Shown one piece after another: positions 39,661 through 49,345 of a stretch of 64,000 nucleotides of DNA. A program made the position numbers and the translations under genes. The notes below the pieces were generated by a model. It worked only from the letters and a program-made list of their open reading frames with translations, did no database searches and was not told where the DNA came from. Origin of the DNA: Alphaproteobacteria bacterium (lineage in GTDB: Bacteria; Pseudomonadota; Alphaproteobacteria; DATDPM01); contig JBGQJC010000007.1 in the NCBI GenBank assembly GCA_041498815.1, forward strand, positions 7,524 to 71,523, given 5' to 3'. Position 1 is the first letter of the stretch, and each line of letters opens with the position of its first letter.

Positions 39661-40142
39661 GCGCGAACGAAACCAAATCCGAGTCCGGGGCGGAAACGCC
39701 GGGCGAAGCGCAAGATTTCGTCACCATGACCATCCACAACCAGCTGTTCGGCATTCCGGTGCTGACCGTTCAGGATGTGCTTGGGCCCCAGAGGATCACC
39801 CGGATTCCGCTCGCTTCGCCCGAAGTGGCCGGCGCGTTGAACCTGAGAGGGCGCATCGTCACCGCGATCGACGTGCGCAAACGCTTGGGGTTGCCGGCCG
39901 CGGAAGACGGCTCGAAAAGCATGAGCGTCGTCGTCGATTTCCAGGGCGAGCTTTACAGCCTCATCATCGATTCCGTCGGCGAGGTTCTGAGCCTTCCGGC
40001 GGATTGCTTCGAGCGCAATCCGGCGACGCTCGATCCCGCTTGGCGCGAGATATCGGCCGGCGTCTACCGGCTGCAGAAGCAGCTCCTCGTGGTCCTCGAC
40101 GTGGCGCGGTTTCTGAATTTTAACCGGAGCGAGGCCGCGTGA
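39657..40142 (+). CDS. cheW: Chemotaxis coupling protein CheW
   Basis: 161 aa with a CheW-like domain (FGIPVLTVQDVL ... LRGRIVTAIDVRKRLGL). Its ATG overlaps the cheA stop in ATGA. Confidence 0.85.
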   Translation: MSANETKSESGAETPGEAQDFVTMTIHNQLFGIPVLTVQDVLGPQRITRIPLASPEVAGALNLRGRIVTAIDVRKRLGLPAAEDGSKSMSVVVDFQGELYSLIIDSVGEVLSLPADCFERNPATLDPAWREISAGVYRLQKQLLVVLDVARFLNFNRSEAA

Positions 40143-40206
40143 AAATGCGCACGATAGGCCTCGGCGATCCACCCGGGCCAACCCGTCACCTCAATCGGGT
40201 GCTGGC

Positions 40207-40575
40207 ATGAAATCCTGTCTTATCGTCGACGATTCCAAGGTCATCCGCACGGTCGCGCGCCGGATTCTCGAAAAGCTCAATTTCGAGATCGAGGAAGCCG
40301 GCGACGGCATGGCGGCACTCGAGGCCTGCCGCCGCCGCATGCCCGATGCGATCTTGCTCGATTGGAACATGCCGGTGATGAACGGCATCGAATTCCTGCG
40401 CGAGTTGCGCGGGAAATTGGCGGGGGGAACCACACCCGTGGTCGTCTTCTGCACGACCGAGAACGATATCCATCATATTCAAGAGGCGATCGGGGCGGGC
40501 GCCAGCGAGTACATTATGAAGCCTTTCGACAGCGAGATTCTTGAAACGAAATTCGCTCAGACGGGCCTTCTCTAG
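40207..40575 (+). CDS. cheY: Chemotaxis response regulator CheY
   Basis: 122-aa single receiver: LIVDDSKVIR ... LLDWNMPVMNG ... MKPF. Confidence 0.85.
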   Translation: MKSCLIVDDSKVIRTVARRILEKLNFEIEEAGDGMAALEACRRRMPDAILLDWNMPVMNGIEFLRELRGKLAGGTTPVVVFCTTENDIHHIQEAIGAGASEYIMKPFDSEILETKFAQTGLL

Positions 40576-40589
40576 GCGAGGCGTCTTCG

Positions 40590-41744
40590 ATGCCGGAATC
40601 AAGAGCGACGCCGGGGACACAGGCGGCGGCCGCCACGGATGATCCCTACCGGGTCCTCGTCGTCGACGATTCCGCGATAATCCGCGGCCTTCTCGCGCGC
40701 GCCTTAGAGGCCGATCCCGCAATCAAGGTCGTCGAAACGGTGGCGAACGGCCAACTCGCCGTAGCCGCCGCCAAACGCCATTCTCCCGATGTCATCGTGC
40801 TCGACATCGAAATGCCGGTGATGGATGGGATCACCGCACTTCCCCTGCTGATCGCGGCCGATCCCGGCGTGAAGGTGATCATGGCTTCCACCTTGACGCT
40901 CCGGAACGCCGACATCAGTTTCCGTGCCATGGCGCTCGGCGCCGCCGATTACATCCCGAAACCGAGTTCGGCCGGTAATATCTCCGGCGGCTTCGATTTC
41001 AAGCGCGAGTTGGTGGCCAAAGTAAAGGGGCTGGGTGCGGCGGCGAGGGCAGGGCGCGGTCCTGCCCGCGCGCCGGCTTTGGCCCGCCGCGGCCCGGCCC
41101 CGCCGTCGGCGCCCAGCCTCTACCGCAATGCGCCGGTGACGCTGCGGACCACGCAGCCCTCGGTTCCGGCGGTGGTCGCGATCGGGAGTTCGACCGGCGG
41201 TCCCCAAGCGCTGTTCGAGTTGCTCCCCGCGCTCGCGGCCGAACTGCGCCAGCCGATTCTGATCACCCAGCACATGCCGCCCACCTTCACCACGATTCTC
41301 GCCGAACACATCCAGAAGCTCAGCGGGCGGCCCTGCGCCGAGGCGGTGAATGGCGAGCCGCTGGTGGGAGGCAAGATCTATGTCGCCCCCGGCAACTACC
41401 ACATGACGGTAACGGCCTCCGGAGCGCAGAACATCATTCGCCTCAATCAAGACCCGCCCGAAAACTACTGCCGCCCCGCGGTCGATCCGATGCTGCGCAG
41501 CCTGGCCAAGGTGTTCGGGCGCAAAGTTCTCACCGTGATCCTGACCGGCATGGGCCACGACGGGCTCAAGGGCGGCGAAACGGTTGTCGCGGCCGGCGGC
41601 ACCGTGATCGCCCAGGACGAAAAAACCAGCATCGTCTGGGGCATGCCGGGGGCGGTGGCGACCGCCGGCCTGTGCACGGCCGTGCTCCCCATCGGCGAGA
41701 TCGCGTTCTATGCCAGCCGCATCGCCACGAGGCAGGCGGCATGA
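40590..41744 (+). CDS. cheB: Chemotaxis response regulator protein-glutamate methylesterase CheB
   Basis: N-terminal REC (VLVVDDSAIIR ... VLDIEMPVMDG) plus a methylesterase domain (IGSSTGGPQAL ... ITQHMPPTFT ... GMGHDG). Confidence 0.9.
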   Translation: MPESRATPGTQAAAATDDPYRVLVVDDSAIIRGLLARALEADPAIKVVETVANGQLAVAAAKRHSPDVIVLDIEMPVMDGITALPLLIAADPGVKVIMASTLTLRNADISFRAMALGAADYIPKPSSAGNISGGFDFKRELVAKVKGLGAAARAGRGPARAPALARRGPAPPSAPSLYRNAPVTLRTTQPSVPAVVAIGSSTGGPQALFELLPALAAELRQPILITQHMPPTFTTILAEHIQKLSGRPCAEAVNGEPLVGGKIYVAPGNYHMTVTASGAQNIIRLNQDPPENYCRPAVDPMLRSLAKVFGRKVLTVILTGMGHDGLKGGETVVAAGGTVIAQDEKTSIVWGMPGAVATAGLCTAVLPIGEIAFYASRIATRQAA

Positions 41745-42586
41745 AGCCCGAAGATTTCGGCTTCCTCTCCGCGCTCTTGAAGCGGCAGTCGGGCCTGGTG
41801 ATCTCGCCGGACAAGCTGTATCTGGTCGAGTCCCGCCTGATGCCGATCGCGCGCAAGCGGGGATTGGAGACGCTCGACGTGTTGGTCGGCGCCTTGCGCA
41901 CCAGCCCGGAAACGAGCCCGCTCGTCAAAGAAGTCACGGATGCGATGACGACCAACGAGTCGTTCTTCTTCCGCGATATCAAGCCCTTCGACCAATTCCA
42001 GAAGCTGGTCCTGCCGCGGCTCCTCGAGGCCCGCGCCAATTCGCGCAAGATCCGCATCTGGAGCGCCGCCTGTTCGAGCGGCCAGGAGCCTTATACGCTC
42101 GCCATAATTTTACGCGAACAGGGGGCGAAGCTCGCCGGCTGGCGCTTCGAGATCCTGGCGACCGACCTCTCCGCCGAGATGCTGGAAAAATCCAAGGCCG
42201 GCATCTATTCCCAGTTCGAGGTCCAACGGGGACTGCCGGTGCAATACCTGGTCAAGTATTTCACGCAGATGGGCGACAAATGGAAGATCGATCCATCGTT
42301 GCGCGAAATCATCCAGTTCCGCGAGTTCAACCTCTTGAACAGCGTCTCGTCGCTCGGCGCCTTCGACGTCGTGTTCTGCCGCAACGTCCTGATCTACTTC
42401 GACCAAGAAGCCAAGCGCCAGATCCTGGATCGCATCAACAGCTTGATGCAGCCCGACGCTTACCTTTACCTCGGCGGCGCCGAAACCGTGCTCGGCATCT
42501 CGGATAAATTCCAAGTGGTTCCCGGCGAGCGCGGCATCTATTGCCGCATCCTCGAGCCTGCCGCCAAGAAGGCCGCCGTCTCCTGA
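41741..42586 (+). CDS. cheR: Chemotaxis protein methyltransferase CheR
   Basis: TNESFFFRD, SAACSSGQEPYTLAI and VFCRNVLIYFD motifs. The ATG overlaps the cheB stop in ATGA. Confidence 0.9.
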   Translation: MKPEDFGFLSALLKRQSGLVISPDKLYLVESRLMPIARKRGLETLDVLVGALRTSPETSPLVKEVTDAMTTNESFFFRDIKPFDQFQKLVLPRLLEARANSRKIRIWSAACSSGQEPYTLAIILREQGAKLAGWRFEILATDLSAEMLEKSKAGIYSQFEVQRGLPVQYLVKYFTQMGDKWKIDPSLREIIQFREFNLLNSVSSLGAFDVVFCRNVLIYFDQEAKRQILDRINSLMQPDAYLYLGGAETVLGISDKFQVVPGERGIYCRILEPAAKKAAVS

Positions 42587-42612
42587 CCCCCTAGTATCTC
42601 GCGCGCAAGACG

Positions 42613-42642
42613 GCAAAAGCGCCGGAACCTCCGGCGCTTTTC
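42613..42642. terminator. Bidirectional rho-independent terminator between cheR (+) and ctrA (-)
   Basis: CAAAAG, then stem GCGCCGGA, loop ACC, stem TCCGGCGC, followed by TTTT. Confidence 0.5.
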
Positions 42643-42675
42643 CAGGCCTCGATCGAGAAGGAAATGCGGCGCCGG

Positions 42676-43398
<723 letters not shown>

Positions 43399-43688
43399 GG
43401 CGGTTGGCCCCGGGTCCGCGTTAATTGAGGTTAAGATACTATTTTATAGTTTGGTTAACGAATAATGACCAGAATTTATTATGCTTATAATCCCATAATG
43501 CACGCCGTTCGGAGCCCGGAATCGGCGGATTTTCACCGGGTGGCGGCGCCAAGTTAAGACTAAAATCCTGAACCCGGCTACGGCTCCTCCGCCCCCCACT
43601 TAACCATCCATAAAACCATTCGCCGCGATACTCGGGGCCCGCAGGGTTCCAACTCCCCGCATCGGCCCTTTAGCTTCCGAGGCTGGTT

Positions 43689-45020
43689 TTGACGCCACCG
43701 CTCGACAATTTGCTGTCCGATCTCGCCGCGCTCCCCGATTACCGGAGCTTCGGCCGCGTCACCGCGGTCTTGGGGCTTTTGGTCGAAGTCGGCGGCATCG
43801 AGCGGGTCCTCTCCATCGGCGGCCATTGCGTCGTTCGCGCCGGAAATGGCCGCGCCGTGCCCTGCGAAGTGATCGGCTTCCGCGACAAGCGCGCCATCCT
43901 GATGCCCTTCGGCACGGTCGACGGCGTCGGCTTGGGCTGCCGGGTCGAGCCCGCAAGCCACGACGCCACGGTTCAGCCCTGCGAGGCCTGGCTGGGCCGG
44001 GTCGTGAATGCGCTGGGCGAACCGATCGACGGCAAAGGCCCGCTGAAATTAGGGAAAGAGTCTTATCCCATGCGCAATGCGCCGCCCCCCGCCCATGAGC
44101 GCCAGCGGGTCAGCGGCAAAATCGACCTTGGCGTGCGCGCGATCAACACCTTCCTCACCTGCTGCCGGGGCCAGCGCATGGGAATATTCTCAGGGAGCGG
44201 CATCGGGAAATCCATTCTGCTCTCGATGATGGCGCGCTTCACCGCCTCCGATGTCATCGTCATCGGCTTGACCGGCGAGCGCGGGCGCGAGGTCCAGGAA
44301 TTCCTCGAGGACAATCTCGGGCCGGAAGGCTTGGCGCGCAGCGTCGTCGTGGTCGCAACTTCCGACGAATCGCCGCTGTTACGCCGCCAGTCGGCCTATC
44401 TCACCATGACGATCGCCGAGTATTTCCGCGACCGGGGATTGGATGTGCTGTGCCTCATCGATTCCATCACCCGCTTCGCCATGGCCCAGCGCGAAATCGG
44501 TTTGTCCGCCGGCGAGCCGCCGACGACCAAGGGTTACACCCCAACCGTCTTCGCCGAGCTGCCGAAGCTCTTGGAGCGCGCGGGACCCGGCCGCGGCAAG
44601 GGCAGCATCACCGGCCTCTTCACGGTGCTGGTCGAAGGTGACGACCACAACGAGCCGGTTGCCGATGCGCTGCGCGCGATCCTGGACGGCCACATCGTGT
44701 TGGACCGCAAGATCGCCGAGCGCGGCCGCTATCCGGCGGTGGATGTCCTGAAAAGCCTGTCGCGCACCATGCCCGACTGCAACACTCCCGAAGAAAATGG
44801 GCTGGTCGGCCGGGCCCGCGCCCTGATGTCGGCCTACGAGGACATGGCCGAGATGATCCGCTTGGGTGCTTACCGGCGCGGCAGCGACCCCAAGACCGAC
44901 GAGGCGATCCATTTCCACCCGGCGCTCGAGGCGTTCCTGAAGCAGGACAAGGACGAACACGCCGATCTCGCGAGCGGCTACGGTGCGCTCGCGCGCATCT
45001 TCGAAGCCAAGTCGCCGTGA
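43689..45020 (+). CDS. fliI: Flagellum-specific ATPase FliI
   Basis: TTG start. Walker A GSGIGKS, Walker B VLCLIDSITRFA and an F1/T3SS ATPase fold. Confidence 0.9.
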   Translation: MTPPLDNLLSDLAALPDYRSFGRVTAVLGLLVEVGGIERVLSIGGHCVVRAGNGRAVPCEVIGFRDKRAILMPFGTVDGVGLGCRVEPASHDATVQPCEAWLGRVVNALGEPIDGKGPLKLGKESYPMRNAPPPAHERQRVSGKIDLGVRAINTFLTCCRGQRMGIFSGSGIGKSILLSMMARFTASDVIVIGLTGERGREVQEFLEDNLGPEGLARSVVVVATSDESPLLRRQSAYLTMTIAEYFRDRGLDVLCLIDSITRFAMAQREIGLSAGEPPTTKGYTPTVFAELPKLLERAGPGRGKGSITGLFTVLVEGDDHNEPVADALRAILDGHIVLDRKIAERGRYPAVDVLKSLSRTMPDCNTPEENGLVGRARALMSAYEDMAEMIRLGAYRRGSDPKTDEAIHFHPALEAFLKQDKDEHADLASGYGALARIFEAKSP

Positions 45021-45061
45021 CCGTGTTTTCCCGAACGCGCCCGGGCTAGGGCGAGGCCGCC

Positions 45062-45481
45062 GTGAAAGGGCTTCCCAATCTCATCCGCTTGCACCGCTGG
45101 CGGCTCGATGAAAAGCGCAAGAATCTGGGCGGGCTCGAGCGCCTGGCCGCGGAGCTGCGCGAACAGGGCCACCGCATCGAAAACGAATTGAAGGGCGAAC
45201 AAAAAGCGGCCGGCGCCTCGCCCGAGGCCGGCTACGCTTACGGCGCCTATGCCAAGGCGGTGATCGCGCGGCGCGCCAAGCTGGCCGCAAGCTTGGCCGA
45301 GGCGAAGGCGAAGATTGCGCAAGCGGCCGACGAAGTGACCGAATCCTTCCAGGAGCTGAAAAGGCTCGAAATCGCCCAAGGCAACCGCGAACGGGCGGCC
45401 CGCGACAAAGCGGCCAAGAGCGAGCGCCTGATTCTCGATGAATTGGGCCTCAATGCCCACCGCCGGGGCGGCCGATCTTAG
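45062..45481 (+). CDS. fliJ: Flagellar export protein FliJ (coiled coil)
   Basis: 139-aa charged coiled-coil protein immediately after fliI. GTG start. Confidence 0.65.
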   Translation: MKGLPNLIRLHRWRLDEKRKNLGGLERLAAELREQGHRIENELKGEQKAAGASPEAGYAYGAYAKAVIARRAKLAASLAEAKAKIAQAADEVTESFQELKRLEIAQGNRERAARDKAAKSERLILDELGLNAHRRGGRS

Positions 45482-45541
45482 GCGCCCGGGATCACTTATA
45501 TATAAGTAGGCGGTAAAGCCGGGGCGCCCTGCCGGTCTGGT

Positions 45542-45964
45542 TCAGCCGAGACGCGAAACCAAGGCGTCATTGGCCCAGTTGGGCTGGCGGGCCTCGAAGC
45601 GCGCGGCGTGGCGGATAAGCCCTTGCGGCTGCGCCCCCTCGGCGGCAACCGAGACCCGGATAAAGCGCGGCACGATCTCGCTGTCGACATCGCCCAGCAC
45701 GGCGGCGCCGATCTCCTCGATCGCGTTCCAGCCTTGCAGGCCAAGAGCCAGAAGATAGGCGGGAAACGCCGGCGGTTCGAGCACCACGCGGTCGGGGACG
45801 TAGGAAAGCGCCACCGCGATTAGGCCCAAATCCCGGATTTCGAGCGCGCCTTCGAGCACGATGACGTAATCCATGTGGCGCGCCGGGTTTGCCGCAGCCT
45901 TTAGTTCCACGCGGCGCGCGGTCAAGGCGTCGCCGTCACGCTTGAACTCGGCCACGTTAGACAC
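45542..45964 (-). CDS. Hypothetical 140-aa protein at the distal end of the flagellar gene array
   Basis: Its start overlaps the upstream FliK-like gene's stop by 8 bp. I recognise no motif. Confidence 0.45.
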   Translation of the reverse strand: MSNVAEFKRDGDALTARRVELKAAANPARHMDYVIVLEGALEIRDLGLIAVALSYVPDRVVLEPPAFPAYLLALGLQGWNAIEEIGAAVLGDVDSEIVPRFIRVSVAAEGAQPQGLIRHAARFEARQPNWANDALVSRLG

Positions 45965-47549
45965 TGAGCGCCGTCCCGCCGGTCGCGCGCTGGGGCATTT
46001 GGGGAAAGCGCCCGCCCGCCTGGAAGGCGATGTTGCCCGAAAGCCCCGCGGCCCCGATGGAATCGGAAAAGATCCTGCCGATTTCCCGGCGCATTCCGGA
46101 ATCGAGCGCCGCCTTGCTGCGCACGATCAGGTCGAATTTTTTGGCCTTGATCAGGCCGTCGAGCTGCATGGCGCCGAGCCGGGTCAAATCCACCTCGACC
46201 ACGAAGCGCGTGGTCGATTCGCCTTCCGCGCCGTTTTGCGCGCGCTTGGGGTTGCGCCGTGAGAACAACCGCACGAATTGATGGCCGGTGCCGTCATGGA
46301 CCGGGACCAAAAGGCTCCGCCAATCTCCGCCCGCAGGATCGGGGGCGGGCGCCGCAAGCTGCCGGAAATCTTCCGCCAGGCGCACCACCAGGTCGTGCCG
46401 CCCGGCGTCGTCGAGGGCCCGCAAGCTGCGCTCGCCCAAGAGCACGCCGACATCGCCGGTATTGATCGCGGCCGCCGCGGCCATGAGGTTTCTCGCAAGC
46501 TCCGGGCCGGGCCGTGGAACAGCCGTTTCGAGAACATGACGGGCCTGTGCGGGATCGGCGCGCGCGAGCACCGAAAGCGCTTCCTCGAGCGCGGGCCAGC
46601 CGCCGCCCGAGCCTAGCGCCGGCAGCCCGGCGCGGGGCAGCGGCATGGGCGGTTCCATCTCGCCCAGGATTTCAAGAACGATGCGGCTTTGCGGCGGCAG
46701 CGGCAGCTTGACCGAAAGCGCGACCAGGCCGATGGGGGTTCGAATCTGCACTTGGCCCGCGGCGTCGGGCTCGACCACGGTGCCGGGCAGAAGACGCGCG
46801 GCCTCGCGGCCTTGCGCTGCCGCGCGCAACAGCGCCTGCGGGTCCACCGCCCCCTCGGGCTCATAGGCGACGATGCCGACCGGAAGCCGGGTCCCCTTGA
46901 CCGGCGGCTCGATTTCGCGGGCCGGGCGGTTGAACAACGTCGCCAGCAACTGCGGTCCCTCCTGGGGCGCTAAGGGCGGCGCCGCGAAATTGAGGGGGGC
47001 GGGATTTGGCGGTGCCGCAACCGGAGCGGAGCCCGGTTGTGGCGATACTTGGAGCGGCGCCGCTTTTGGCGCGGGATCGACGATGGTGGCGATCAGCGTC
47101 CCGCCCGCCGTCACCGTGACTGCGGGCGTTGCGGGGGCGGGCGTTGCGGGGGCGGGTGTTGCGGGGGCGGGCGGGAACTGTGCTGCGGGCTGTGCCGAGG
47201 CTTGCGCGGGCAAGGTCGCGGTCGCGGGGATTCCAGCCGAAAGCGGCTGCTGGTTGATGGACAGCACCACCATCTGCATCTGCACGCCCATCGTCTGCAC
47301 CTGAAGCGACAACGTGCTGCCGGGCAACAGCGCAAGAGTCGTTGCCAGCGTCAAGAATCCGTTCGCCGTCTGCACCAGGAAATGACCCTGGGCATCGCGG
47401 CTGATCACCGACCCGTTCAAGATCGCGCCCGCCGTCAGGTTGGCAAGCCCCGGCGGCAGATTCGTCAGCGGCGCGGAAGCGGGCACGGCCGCCGCCGGCG
47501 GAGTGGCGGCGGGAGGCGCGATGGGCGGGGGAGGGGCGATCGGATTCAT
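45957..47549 (-). CDS. Pro/Ala-rich protein with a FliK-like C-terminal (Flg_hook-type) domain; second hook-length-control-like paralog
   Basis: 530 aa. A central low-complexity region has PAPATPAPATPAPATPA repeats. The C-terminal segment FVVEVDLTRLGAMQLDGLIKAKKFDLIVRSKAALDSGMRREIGRIF resembles the FliK C-terminal domain pattern. Confidence 0.5.
   Translation of the reverse strand: MNPIAPPPPIAPPAATPPAAAVPASAPLTNLPPGLANLTAGAILNGSVISRDAQGHFLVQTANGFLTLATTLALLPGSTLSLQVQTMGVQMQMVVLSINQQPLSAGIPATATLPAQASAQPAAQFPPAPATPAPATPAPATPAVTVTAGGTLIATIVDPAPKAAPLQVSPQPGSAPVAAPPNPAPLNFAAPPLAPQEGPQLLATLFNRPAREIEPPVKGTRLPVGIVAYEPEGAVDPQALLRAAAQGREAARLLPGTVVEPDAAGQVQIRTPIGLVALSVKLPLPPQSRIVLEILGEMEPPMPLPRAGLPALGSGGGWPALEEALSVLARADPAQARHVLETAVPRPGPELARNLMAAAAAINTGDVGVLLGERSLRALDDAGRHDLVVRLAEDFRQLAAPAPDPAGGDWRSLLVPVHDGTGHQFVRLFSRRNPKRAQNGAEGESTTRFVVEVDLTRLGAMQLDGLIKAKKFDLIVRSKAALDSGMRREIGRIFSDSIGAAGLSGNIAFQAGGRFPQMPQRATGGTALSV
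47122..47166. repeat. 15-bp tandem repeat x3 (GCGGGCGTTGCGGGG) encoding the PAPAT repeats
   Basis: Three consecutive near-identical 15-mers at 47122-47166 inside the FliK-like gene. Confidence 0.6.
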
Positions 47550-48337
47550 GGCGCTTCCAGGAGTCTCCGCGCGATCGCGGCCACGTCGCTGCCCGCCTCG
47601 GAATTGGGATGGCGGGTCAGGAGCGGCGTCTGGTTCCGGATGCTGTCCACGACCTTGGAATCGCGGCGCACGACCCCGGCCAAGGGCGGCGCGAGTTTGA
47701 GGAAATTCTGGCAGGCCTTGAGCACCGTGTGATAGGTGCGCTCGCCCTCGCGCAAGGATGCCGCCATATTGACGACGATCCGCAGGTCGGTGTTCGGCCG
47801 CTTGGCCGCGGTGAGCTTGATGAAGGCATAGGCGTCGGTGAGAGCGGTGGGCTCGGCGGTGGTGACCACGAGGACGACGCCGGCTTCGCCGGCCAGCGCC
47901 CGCACCGAATCTTCCACTCCGGCGCCGAGGTCGATCACGACCCGGTCGTAATCGCTCGCCAGCATCATCAATCCGTCATGAAGCAGGGCGAGGCGCGCCG
48001 GGGGAAGTGCCGCCAAGCTGCCCGATCCCGAGCTGCCGGCGATCACATCGAAGCCGGCATCCGGCAATTCGGTTATGGATTGGCGCAACGTCAAATTGCC
48101 GGCGATGACCCCGCCGAGGTCGCGCTCCGGCATCAGGCCGAGCTGAATATCGACATTGGCAAGCCCGAGATCGCCGTCGAAAAGAAGCGTGCGGGCGTCG
48201 AGGCGGGCCAGCGCCTGGCTGAGCGTCACCGCGAACCAGGTCTTGCCCACCCCGCCCTTGCCGGAGGCGACCGCGATCACATTCCGGCCTTTGGGAGCGC
48301 CGGCCGTTTGCGGCGACACCAGTTGGATGGCGGTCAT
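47546..48337 (-). CDS. flhG: MinD/ParA-like flagellar number regulator (FlhG/FleN/MotR-like)
   Basis: Deviant Walker A VASGKGGVGKT. 263 aa from the ATG at 48337, which overlaps the flhF stop by 4 bp. Confidence 0.8.
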   Translation of the reverse strand: MTAIQLVSPQTAGAPKGRNVIAVASGKGGVGKTWFAVTLSQALARLDARTLLFDGDLGLANVDIQLGLMPERDLGGVIAGNLTLRQSITELPDAGFDVIAGSSGSGSLAALPPARLALLHDGLMMLASDYDRVVIDLGAGVEDSVRALAGEAGVVLVVTTAEPTALTDAYAFIKLTAAKRPNTDLRIVVNMAASLREGERTYHTVLKACQNFLKLAPPLAGVVRRDSKVVDSIRNQTPLLTRHPNSEAGSDVAAIARRLLEAP

Positions 48338-49323
48338 GCGGACTCCTTTCGGGCCTGCGCCTCGACCCTCACGGGCTCGGGCAGCAACAGGCGTGCGAGC
48401 GAAACCGGATTGAGCACGGCCAATCCCTTGCCGACATTGGGCGTGGTGCTCACATTGCTGAAACGCAAGCGGCCCGAATCGGCGGCGGCCAGCAAGCTCC
48501 CCAGGCGGCGCGCCATGTCGATCCGGGTGGCGATCAGCCGGGTCGTGCCGATCGAAGCAAACGCCGCCGCCATCTCCGAGTATTCCTGCGTATCGCCGCC
48601 TGCGTTCAGCACCAGAATCGGTTCCGCCCGCGCGGCCACGATCAAATCGGATAGGGCCGCCATCTCGCGCTCGGAAAACGGATTGGTGCCGGCGGAATCG
48701 ATGACCACCAATTCTCCGACATGACATTCCCCGACCGCGGCCGCCATTTCCTGCGGGGTCGCGACGGCGCGGAAATTCGCGCGCATCACGCGGGTCAAAT
48801 TCGCGATCTGCTCGACGCCGCCGGCGCGCTCGGTGTCGGCCGAAAACACGGTGACGGGCTCGTCCTTGATCCGCGCGCGCGCGGCCAGTTTCGCCGCGGC
48901 GATGGTCTTGCCCACGCCCGGCGGGCCGACCAGCATGATCGGGCGCGCGTAATCGCGCTCGGGAAGCGGCGCGAACCGGAAGCAATCGTCCAACGCCGCC
49001 GCCAGGGCAAGCCTCGGCTCCTCGCCCTTCAAGACCTTGGCCGCGGCCACCAGGCGCGCCGTGATCGGCTCGGGCGTGCCGTGGTCCTCCAAGGCGCAGC
49101 GCACCGCCTCGGCGATGCGCTCGAACCGCGCCCCGGGCCCTGCTGCGGGGCGCGCGGGTGGCACCGATTGCTCCGCCGGCTCGATCGCCGCGGTGATCCG
49201 CACCGACCCGCCCTGGGTCCGGCTTTGCACGGTCGAGACGATGACGGCGTCCACGCCCATTTCGTTCCGCACCATGCGGATCGCCTGTTTCATGCTGGGC
49301 GCGGTGAAGGACTTGAGTCGCAT
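48334..49323 (-). CDS. flhF: Flagellar biosynthesis SRP-like GTPase FlhF
   Basis: GTPase motifs GPPGVGKT, DTERAG... and a C-terminal NG domain. Confidence 0.85.
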   Translation of the reverse strand: MRLKSFTAPSMKQAIRMVRNEMGVDAVIVSTVQSRTQGGSVRITAAIEPAEQSVPPARPAAGPGARFERIAEAVRCALEDHGTPEPITARLVAAAKVLKGEEPRLALAAALDDCFRFAPLPERDYARPIMLVGPPGVGKTIAAAKLAARARIKDEPVTVFSADTERAGGVEQIANLTRVMRANFRAVATPQEMAAAVGECHVGELVVIDSAGTNPFSEREMAALSDLIVAARAEPILVLNAGGDTQEYSEMAAAFASIGTTRLIATRIDMARRLGSLLAAADSGRLRFSNVSTTPNVGKGLAVLNPVSLARLLLPEPVRVEAQARKESA

Positions 49324-49345
49324 CGCGTTCCTTTAGTTCCGGCCC

